Position numbers and translations under genes: made by a program. A stretch of 64,000 nucleotides of DNA, from the NCBI GenBank assembly GCA_026770705.1, contig JANJGN010000009.1, positions 163,370,001 through 163,434,000 of the forward strand, written 5' to 3'. Shown in pieces: positions 1 through 10,500 of this stretch; within the stretch, counting starts at the first letter, position 1, and every line of letters begins with the position of its first letter. A model generated the notes under the pieces. It saw only the letters and a list, made by a program, of their open reading frames with translations, was not told the origin of the DNA and ran no database searches. Origin of the DNA: Isurus oxyrinchus (taxonomy: Eukaryota).

Positions 1-333
1 AAATGCATTGGAAGCAGTTCAGAGAAGGTTTACCAGGCTAATACCAGGAATGGGTGGATTGTCTAATGAGGAAAGGTTGGACAGACTAGGCTTCTATCTG
101 CTGGAGTTTAGAAGAGTAAGAGGCGACTTGATTGAAACATATAAGTTCCTGAGGAGACTTGACAGGGTGAGTGCAGAGAGGAAGTTTCCTCTTGTGGGAA
201 AATGAGGGGTCACCCATTTAGAACACAGATTAGGTGATTTTTTTTTAACTCAGAGGCTTGTGAGTCTTTGGAAATCTCTTCCTGAAAAAGTGGTGAAGGG
301 GAGTCTTCGAATATTTTTAAGGCAGAGGTGGAG
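1..333 (+). mobile_element. CR1-clade LINE 3' end (HER1-like)
   Basis: LEAVQRRFTRLIPGMGGLSNEERLDRLG...RGDLIETYK is the CR1 ORF2 C-terminus. Confidence 0.9.
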
Positions 334-475
334 TGGTACAAATCAGCAGTAACTTGTGGCATTTCACGATTCATTGGCTTTTTTCTTCATCGTCAAAAGT
401 TGCTGACTGATTTTCACATTAAAAGAGGTGTTTGTTGTTCAAACCCCATTATATTTTCAGTAAGTTCTAGCCCAT

Positions 476-1070
476 TGTTATAGAGTTGATTTTCTAGGCA
501 ACTTTTCTGGAGGGAAACATTGAACTTTATTTACAAGACAGCAGCAGCAGCTACATGTGTGTATCTAACTCTATAACTAAAGGAGAACTCCCCGTGGAGG
601 TTCCCCATGCTGCAAACTGGTTGGTTTACACAGATCATGTTCTCTTACAACAAAGCATTATTCTTAATGTTACAGTCCCACGTTTATTGAAACTATAATT
701 ATTATATTCCTCACCCTTTAACTTTTCTGTACATTTTGCATTTACAAAGATGTTTATCTTATGACATTAAAATATTTACACAGGTCATGAAATTATAAGT
801 TCAGTCTTTCAAGTGGTTTCCTGATCCATGTGGAATGTCATAGCTTCACCATCTCTGATTCTCTGACAGGAACCACAGTCTCTGCAATAACATCAGGTAC
901 CTCATTAGGCACAGGCAGATCAGTGTCGTCCACTCCGACAGAGACATCGGGCATGACTATCCTTGGTTGTACAATTTTAACAGGAACCACAGGTTCAACA
1001 ATGGCTACAGGTGGAACATCATTTTGTGGGGTATCTCCATTCTTTTTAAAACAATCAGGAGCTTACGGGT
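476..1070 (-). mobile_element. Gypsy-type LTR retrotransposon relic: integrase C-terminus, PPT and short 3' LTR (476-706)
   Basis: Minus strand reads ...VVPVRESEMVKL*HSTWIRKPLERLNL* (RRSxRxRKPPxRL-type end). This is followed by the purine tract aaagggtgaggaa and an LTR ending ...ataaca. The B copy begins with TG. Confidence 0.65.
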
Positions 1071-1141
1071 GATCCTCAAAGATTAGCAAATAAAACCAAA
1101 ATATTAAGAAATCTCTGTATTCAATTGGACAACTAAATTTC

Positions 1142-1151
1142 GGAAATGAAA
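1142..1151 (+). promoter_or_regulatory. Candidate Ets-IRF composite element (GGAAatGAAA) upstream of gene A
   Basis: Exact GGAAnnGAAA about 380 bp upstream of the ATG; motif match only. Confidence 0.25.
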
Positions 1152-1419
1152 AAAATACTTCTGTTCCTGTGGGGTTTGTGGAAATTGGGAGGGGGTTCCT
1201 GTTCTAACTCACCTCACAATTCAGTATCAATACTAGCTCAGCTCATCATTATCCATATGTTCTAACTTTTTAACATTCTTGTTTTCAGGATTTTAAATAA
1301 TTTCAATGAAAATTAGTTTAGTTCTTTTGTTAAATATAACTGACAGAAGTTCAAGTTCTTAGGGGTCAGATTTCATCAGCTGCCTTAATGTGGCTTCATG
1401 ACCTGGCTTCCTGCTATCT

Positions 1420-1432
1420 TCTTCCTCATTTA
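1420..1432 (-). promoter_or_regulatory. Candidate PU.1/Spi site (aaatGAGGAAg) in proximal promoter, kept in B (~47466-47476)
   Basis: Purine-rich GAGGAA core about 100 bp upstream of the ATG, next to an AGATAG; motif match only. Confidence 0.3.
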
Positions 1433-1531
1433 AATTCCTTGTAACATTTACATTAGACAATTATTTCGATGTGAGAAACAAGAGCTGAGTGTCTGGAAAC
1501 AAGTTCTGTCCTGATCTTTGTGAACAAAACG

Positions 1532-1568
1532 ATGTGGATTTTGATTCTCCTCATTAGTTCTCTGCCCG
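1532..1568 (+). CDS. Gene A exon 1, signal peptide MWILILLISSLP
   Basis: ATG, hydrophobic leader, phase-1 donor G|gtgagt; joins in frame to exon 2 (VSGA-LW). Confidence 0.88.
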
Positions 1569-4500
1569 GTGAGTGACAGCCAGAGCTGGATATTCCAATA
1601 ATCTGAGTTGGTTTAAATCTCGTGCGCTGGTTATATAGCAGATGTTTAAATATTTGGAGACATGCAAAGGCACAAAAGAGGTCTTGGGCACAATGGGTAG
1701 TGTCTCTGTATCTGAGCCAGAAGCTCTGTGTTTGAGTCCCACTTCTGTTCTTGTTGAGAATGGAAGGCGCGTTCTAACCAGGCCCAACAGGTTGATTATC
1801 AACCTGAACATCTTCCAACAGACGTAAGGCTGGTGGGAAGAGGGTTTGAGATCCCAGTCCAACATGCTTGATGTGGAGTGGTGCCACTCATTCTGTTGTC
1901 TCCGGAGGTTAGTGACCTGTTCCGGGGAAAACAAGCTTTGGAATGCAAAAGTAAAATATGCTTTGTCCGCCGCATCCGTCTCTAGATGTGGGAAGTCTCC
2001 TAAGTCTAAAGGCACAAAATAGTCAGCAAAACCAAATGAATAATAATTGTGAAGTATTTTATTACCCTGTGAATTTACTATCACACCATGGGAATAGTTA
2101 ACAAATAAACTGAACTGCATTATTAACTATGAATGATAAGTAAAGGAGAATTAAATTTTCAGAAAGCTATGCAAGCAACATTTTGAAAATGAAAACCTTT
2201 TTTAATTGGTAATTTTCAATATAATCTGATGTCCAGTATAGACTGAAGACTGCAGCGGTAATAATCCCACAAATAAAACATGTCCCAAGTTGGCGAATAT
2301 TTCTGTTTTTTAAAGTACAGTTGATGAAATATTGTGTTATGAGGCTCTCTCAGTGACACTGTTCCTCACTGGTAGATGGTTGGTCTACATCACTCTTCTC
2401 ATAAGTAGCCTTTTCTTGTTCATTCTTTAACTTTAAGAAACTAGATTTTGCTCATCACTCAGTATTGCCACCTCTCCATCATTTTCGATGAATCTGTTTT
2501 ATAACACACAATGTTAAACTCCCAGCCCCATCTGCTCTTAACCACCTCCCCAAAATAGTTTGTGCCTCTAGCTGATCAATTTTATGCAGAATACTTGATG
2601 TACTTATGGACAGGAAACTGAATCATGTTTCTGTCTGTTTGGCAATCTTCTTCTTTTCAATCCTTCCTCTTTCTGATCTGATCTCTTTCCCATTCCCTTT
2701 TCATCTGTAACTTTCCCTGTATCTTTTTCCTTTCCTTCACTTCTCTCTAGCCATTTAATTATTTTCAATCTCTCTTTTCTTATGTTAGTGCAAACTCTTT
2801 CCCCACAGCATGAGTTTCTCTCCCGGCAAGGCCATTGGTCTCATGAATATTCATGTCAATGCAGCCAAATCTCTACCTCAGGAATCCATCCAGCCTACAA
2901 GGCCACCTATCACACAACCTCTCAAACTTTCAAGGCCTTCAAATCCTACCTCTGGACATCCCTAACTCATTCAAGATCTGAACACCCCCTCCTGCAAGGA
3001 CCCAACCATCTCCCGCACCCCACCCACTTCAGATCAGAGCAGGGAACTGTCGGCTCCTGTGACCCCCTCCACACTGCTCCCCAACCGACTGCAAATCAGG
3101 CCTGTCAGTCAGGCTGGTTTCTGGCTGTGGAACCTCAGGATGATGTCATACGCAGTCTAGGGTGAAACCCCACAGTATGAGGCAGAACCCCAATTTCCAG
3201 GTTCCCCTCACTCTACCACCCCCTGTCAATAAGTCAAGAAAATGCCCCAAATATCTCACAAGTAAATCATTGTCTGTGACGTGCTTTGGAACACAGTGAG
3301 GCTCTGATAAGTGTCTATATGAATGATTACTCTCATCACAAACTTGATGGAATTTAACTCATTAAAATGCATCTGTTTGAATTAAACAGTTATTTCCTGT
3401 TCAATTCCTGAAATGTTGTCTCCTCAGTTTCAGGTGCATTGTGGGCAAAAGACAGAGTAACAGGAGTTGTGGGAAGAGCGATCACAATAGAATGTCACTA
3501 TGATGCGTGGAGGTACAAGTCACATATAAAATATTGGTGTCACGGCTGGACTCGCCAGTGTAATGTTGTAGCATCGACAAATTGGCGAAATGGAAGAATA
3601 TCGGTCACAGATAACAAGACACAAGGATTATTTATTGTTACTATGGAGAATCTTCACTCAGGAGATACAGGATGGTACAGCTGTGGTATTGAAGTAACTG
3701 GCCACGATCCAATGTTTAATGTAAAGCTACAAATATCTTACGGTACATTTCTTACTGATTTTCTTTATTATTCTCGACTGAAATGTTTGCTCAATGTTTT
3801 ATCCGGAAAGAACCCTGACAGCTCCGATATCCCGAGGCTCCACAGAAATGCAGAGTCTTAAAGGTAAAGGGCAGAGGTCGGGAAATCCAACTCATGTTAC
3901 CCAAACCCAATTTATGGCCTGTCCAACATGTCAGAGTTGAACTTTACAAGTGAACTAAATGGAAATTGAGAAGTTGTTTTGATGGTAAAAGAAGCCTCTT
4001 TATTAATTGTTGAGACATTGGGCTGGATATTCAGCCTCAAAGCGGGTAGGGGGAATTCGGAAAATTCCCCGCTCGGCCTTGGAAGAAAGTGCCCACAAAG
4101 GTGGGACTCCCATTGCTGGGAGCTGTGCCCGGGCTGCAGTCTGGCCAGCCACACCAGGAAGAAATGCAGTGGCAGCCACAGGGGCTGCCGGCTGGGGAGA
4201 CGGGCTGTTTAAAAGGCCCCTCCTTAATGCCCTTGGACTTTGTAACAGCTAAAATCAAAACACAAAAGCCCTTCACCCCTCACCCCTCACAGCCCACAAA
4301 GGGGGTGGGTGTAAGGGGAAAATTGTCATGAGGGGTCTTGGAGGTGGGTGGAAGTGTACAGCTTGAAGTCGGCAACACGAGGGGGTATAAGGCGTGGGTA
4401 AAGGAGTTAGGGGGCATGAAGGGCCAAGCGGGATGGATGGGGGTGTGACTTGGCATAGGGATTATGAGATGGACCTTTTGAAATTAACTGTTAAAAGGTC

Positions 4501-7500
4501 CCCTTATGCAGACCAGTGTTTACAGCTCCTCTGAGGGGCTTTGGACTATGACTCATTCAAAATCTGGACCAAGTCCATGAAAATTGCAGAGGAGTAGGAC
4601 GTGTCTATCTCCACAACGGAGGCAGCCAGGTTGGGGAGTTCTGGGTGAGGGTTTGAAGGAGCCAGCCTGTATCCTTTAAAGCTGCTCCCAAAATCACACA
4701 ACCCTGGAAAGCAGTTGGGAATCTCAGAATTAGGACACACCCGCCATTTTTAAAGGGCTCCTGAAACAACACAAGTTGGTGAAATCCAGCCCGTCACTTT
4801 GGTCTGAAGGCTGCACAAAGCACAGGGTAGAGGCCCTGGACTGAGACACCTGCCTTTATCTTGTACAGAAAGTGTTCACATGTGAGTGACATGAACATTG
4901 CTCATCAAAACAAGCAGCGATAGGCAGGGAGACATTCTTTGGAGTTTATTGACAATAATGAACAGTATGTACAAGTGATTAACACCCGTGCCCAGGACGT
5001 GAAACTACATCTCCTCAACTTGGTTTAAAGTTTGTAAGTTTCCTTTAAACTTTGCTCTTAGTTCTACAGCTGACCTGAATTAGGGGCTGTGCTGGATTTG
5101 TCCCAATTTTGTTAATTTAGTTTGATTGTTTGACTCAAGAAAGAGTTACATCTCCTCAACCAGGCGGTGTCTGGCGGCACCGTCGAGACCTTCCGTGCTC
5201 GGTGGGTGACCACGGGGGTTGGGGTGCTTTATCCACCCTCTTAATCACATTTTGGTTTGATGTTGTAAGTTTCCTTTAAATCCTGTCTTTGGTTTTGCAG
5301 TGACCCTAACTTAGGGGCTGCGTTTTATTTTATCCCTCATTTTGTTAATTTAGTTTATTTGGTTGACTTTAAAAGAGCTACATCTTCTCAACTTTCCTAA
5401 TCCTCCCGCTACATCTTGGTGCTCCGCAGACATCCAGAGTGGAGGTAAAGACAGTCTGCTGACTGCTATGCTCCGTCTGTGATAACTTTGGCGGGTGTCC
5501 TCTGGAGGCCTGAGGCCTGTAGGGCCCCGGCTTCCTTTCGAGGTCCTACTGTGTGGCATTAGCACCCTCCTTGGTCTGTGGATTTGGAGCTGTCAAGGTC
5601 ACAGTAAGAGGGGATTCGGTTGGGCCAGACACTCCTGGAGTTACCAGGATGATTGGCCCCAGAGGGTACACTTGTTGATCCTTCTCGCTATGGGTACCCA
5701 AAGGCCATTGGCTGAATGCTTGAGGAGCAGGGGTAGCTGGAGTGAGATCGAGCTGCCTGCACCCCTCTCGCATACACAGTTTCAGGGGAAAACTATGCAT
5801 CAGCAATGGAGTTCAGCCCCGCAGCAGTGTAGGAATGGTGCCCTGGACCAACGTCTCCATGGCAGCTGCCATCCTACCAGTGTTGACCTCAGTGCATTGA
5901 CATGCCGGCGCTATCACCTCAGAGTGCAGGCGGACGGACTCCTCCATTGTGCCTTGCAATCTGAGGGGTGCAGCAGATATCCCTTCCTGATGTTCCCGCA
6001 TTGGCCTTTCCAGTTCCAGCAACGGTGACATGACCAAATCCAGAAACGCGTCACCTGACTCGACCTCAGCAAATTTATGGCCTCCAGCTGCCCACTGAGT
6101 GCCGGACACCTGGGAAGCCCCTGCCGCTGCCAGCTGTGGATCAGGCAGTGCGATTTGCTCACCAGCTGTGACCCTGAGTCTACTCTAAAGCTAGATCTCA
6201 CCGAGGGGTGTGCCTCTGCGCTGGTGGAGGGTGTGGGTGAGGGGAGTGACGGTACATCAAGGAGGGTCCCTCCAGGTTCCTCTTCAGAGATTTCTTTGGG
6301 CCTTATTTGGTGTCCCTGGGTCTCCATCGGCTGTTACCCAGATGTGCGTGCAGAAGCAAGTGGAAATACTTTGTACATGGCAGTGGCCTGTGAAACAGGA
6401 CACATCACTCACAGCATCGTTGTCTGATGGATGTTGCACTGCTGGACCCTCACTTGGTTGAGCACCACAGACCTCATCGTCAGCACAGGATTGGTCCAGG
6501 CCATTGCCGTCCAGTTGGATGGCTCTGTTTTCAAAGTCCTTGCAGTGTTCAGGATCATGATGTCATTGCGATCTCTCCTCGGTTCCATTCAGGAAGCTGG
6601 GTAAACCCAGGATGTGCCATTAGATTCAAATGTATGATGAAAATTCATTAGAATTCAGCAATTTACATTTACATTTCTAACCCACCAATCTAAGGAGGCT
6701 TCTGCACAACCAGCCAAGTATGACAGAGATAAACACTGAGGTCAGCATCTTGAGTCAGATTCCAGATGTGACATTCCACATGTTAACCCTGACCCCATCC
6801 ACATACACTGCTCCGAGTCAAAGCTCCTTCTGTTATGGCATGACAGATGGTAAATGCCAAACTGCTGAAATCCCAGAGGGAAACATGAAACAGATGCCTA
6901 GACGGTTTTTCCAATTTGTATAGTATGAGGAGTGGTTCTGAAATCAGGAAATGATTTCCCTAAATACATGTGATGATTTTATTGTAAAGTAAACACTTAT
7001 TGAAAGAATAAAGGAAAGAAGACACAATTTCATTTAAACACCAGAATAGATTCAGACAGTAAACAGCATTTTAAAACTGTTCCACAAATCTTAACCTAGC
7101 TCACCTCAAAGCTAATCTTTCTCTTTTCTGTTCAAGAACTAACACTATAGATTTAAAAATCTATAGAAGTCCAGTAATTTTACCACACACTGCTTTTTCC
7201 TTGGGGTGTCCTCTGAGGCTGACCACATCTGGGTTTTCAGGTCTGGGCCTTGTACACACTGTCTCCTGGGAGTTCTGACCAGCTACCCTTCTGTCTTCAG
7301 GGAGATCTGGCCAACCATCCTGCTGTGTTCTGGGAGATCTAAGCAGCTACGCCCTTACATAGGCTTCAGTATTTCCTTAAATGTGTTTCTTTTCTTTGAT
7401 CTCTCTTTGTTGCAACCAGTCTGTTCAGGATTGCTTTTTTCCCAGGATTGATTAAATCAATCTTCACTTTCCTCTTAGACCTGTAAAAACAAACTTACCC

Positions 7501-10500
7501 TATCTTTATGTCACTTCCTTGCACCTTTTTACAACCTGCATATATCCCTCTTTGAGCTAAAAAAAACTCAGTTCAAACTATTCCTGTTATTGCTTCATGT
7601 ACAAATCTGTTGAAGTTCTTTTTTGTCCATTAACATATCAAAACAACTTCTTACTGTTGACTTTTGACCCTACCCACTGATGAGGCAGTCCACGTCATGG
7701 AACCATAACCTTAAATCTGGAGATAGGCTCGTCAGGGATGTCAGGAAGCACTTCTTCACGCAAAGTATAGTGAAAATCTAGAATACTCTCCTCAAAAAAG
7801 CTCTTGAACTTAATTGAAAATTTCAAAACTGATTGACAGATTTTATCTGGTAGCAATATTCGGGTTATGGGACCCAGGTAGGTAAATGGACAGAAGATAC
7901 TGGTCAGTTGGGATTTAATTGAATTGTGGAACAGGCTGAAGGGGCTGCATGTCCGAATCCCTTTTCCATGTTCTGGAGCCCCAGTTAATTTTTCAGTGGT
8001 CTGGGCCTTGTGAGTAACAATGTGCTGTGAAACAAGCTCACAAACAGTTAGCATTTCAAAGAGACACTTTCCAATCACCAGGCAAACTGTGACCTGTGTT
8101 GTTTCAGAGTACAGTTTGTGACAGTGAAAGCAGTGAAGGCCTGCCAAACCTCACTAAAAATGTTGGTGAAATTGTCACTTTTCTCTGGCTAATCCCTTGA
8201 CCAAAGAGGGAATTTTAATTCCCCTCCCCCATCCTGCATCGTGTTGAAGCATGATGGGATTTGCTGGATCCAGAACCTTCTCCAGCACGGCTTGTGATTC
8301 AGGAGACACACGAAAGCTTCACCCCCACCCCCAGGCAAATGTTTTATACAATTTCTCCCTCCCCATGATTGGCCAATCCTGCCCCAAGCAGCAAAGTCAC
8401 CCTGACTCCCTCCTCGCTGCTGTGCTCCGAGGACAAATTCCCACCAATTTCCAAACTTTTACCATAACGTTCCTACTTGGAAACCAGCCAAACTTTCAAT
8501 CAGTCTGCAAGAATTCTGGTGAGATTTTGCTGTTAAATTCGGCACAAACTCAACATTCCTGGTATTTCCAGCTTTCTCACCACCCCACACACAGTCCCCC
8601 CTCTCGTCTCCACGTACCAGGGTTGAAGTGTTCTATCGCAGCATGCAGAGAACCAGAGCCAATCACATTTACATTCTTATCCAAAGCTACAAAACATGTA
8701 ACCGATATCTGACAACATTTTGCCCTCATTTTCCCCTTTGCTTTTCTAAGATTCTCTCCAACTAATTCACATTCAACTCACAAACAATGAAACAGCATTG
8801 GAGGCTTACTACCAGCTACGAAGAGATATTGTTCGCCATGATATTCATGTTAACATACTCTCAGTATCATAGCTGCTGTTCTGATCTGGAGACCTGATTT
8901 GTTCTGATATAATGGCTGAAAGGGTAACTCAGGCCTCTAAGAGGATGGAGAGATATGGGGATGGATTTTTAAAAAGTATGGGGTCAGGATTAGAGGTGGG
9001 TCGGTGTGAAATTTGACACCGCTGGTCTCCATGCCATTTTACCGTTACAATCCCAAGCCCCAAATATTTAGAAAGCGGGCAGCTTGCAGTCAAGTGATGG
9101 GCAGCTAACTTAGGAAATAACATTTACCAAAGGGCCAATTAAAGACCCATTCCTGCGCCCACTGGGATTTCATTCAGCAATGCAAGCAGACCACATTGCC
9201 CCTTCAGGATCATGGTCTGGCGCTGCCCGGCTTTGAAACATAAAATAAACTTACCTGGACTTTCCCCTTGCTGTCTCCATGCTCAGGTCAGCAACTCCCA
9301 CCTCACCTGGTGAGGCCCTCTAGCATCAGGAGCCCGCCCTCTGTCCCTGATTGGATGGTGAGACCAGTTCCAGGCTTTCGATTGGCTGGAACATTGAAAA
9401 TTGCTGTGGGCATGCCTAAAGAATGGTGAATGGTGTCAGGACCTGGAACTATCTCCCATGTCCAGTTCCCAAACCGAAAATAAACATCGACCCCTTGGAG
9501 TGGTAGATGTGTTGGTGAGATTCCAACATGGCAGAGCCTGGCTGAGATGAAGTGCAAAGTTTGAAGAGTATTTGATTATTAAATGTTCAGTATCTGAATG
9601 TTTCTTTCTTTCCAACAGAACCCGTGTCTGTTCCTGTGCTTAGATTTTCATCACCGCTAAATGTCTCATGTTCTGGGGGTTCAGTGTCCGTCTCCTGTGA
9701 GTCTGTCCAGGGATCCCTTCCCATTCAGTACACATGGTATGAAAAGACCCTGTCTGAAGATTCAAAGATCTCTGACACCAATAAACTGGATCTACATTGT
9801 CAATCCTTCAAACAGCAACATCATCAATATTACTGCACAGCCTCGAATAATCAGGGGGAAAAATCCAGTGAAATGGTTAACATATCAATGATCAATATAA
9901 CAACGAAAAACTGCAGTTATTTGATACAAATTGGAAATGTTGGTAAGTGTTACTTTAGACAAACAATGTGGCGAATGAATGTTTTAAATTCATGTCTATC
10001 CAAACTGGTCACTGGTTCAGTTCCTTCAATCAATCTGAGAAATTGCAACTGGCCAAATTCACTCTCTCTGGTTCCTCAAACATTCTGAACAAGGTCACTA
10101 AGTTGCATTTTTCATGAAAAATGGACAGGATCAGAAAATATCCCCAAAACATGCAAAAATATTGCAGAATCTCCAACAAACCCATCGAATCAAAATAGCA
10201 TTTGATTGACAGAGCTTTCATAAAGCAATTTGTCTATTTCCAGCAGATGGAATTGTGAAATGCAACCTCCAACTGTTGTGTCCTAGTTTGGGAAGGATAT
10301 CACTGATAGAATAGAGAAGAATTGAATTAAAATGAACCCTTGGATGAGAGGTTTTAGTCATGAGGAAAGTATCATCACAACTGAGGTGAATGACCAGCTG
10401 GAGGACGTGGAAATTGTTAGAAATTTGGATAAGGTAACTCTAACTATTTCCACTAGTCAGTGAGTCAGCAACAAGAGAGCATTAACTTTAAAATTATCAC

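Noticed and set aside
830-1072. Thr/Ser-rich ORF (and 47824-48063) resembling a mucin stalk exon
   Set aside because: It is the antisense reading of a Gypsy integrase C-terminus and lies upstream of the signal-peptide exon
3293-3861. Rearranging Ig/TCR V segment (cacagtg heptamer at 3293)
   Set aside because: No nonamer at 12/23 spacing. The exon already includes the G strand and ends in a splice donor; the Cys pattern is CD300/pIgR-like.
3743-3861. Read-through of the V exon as a soluble V-only isoform
   Set aside because: Sharing between arms is explained by recent duplication; no independent support
7695-8712. 150-aa ORFs conserved in both arms (also 1554-2120, 10867-11217, 34562-35041)
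   Set aside because: Intronic, no recognisable domains; conservation only reflects the duplication
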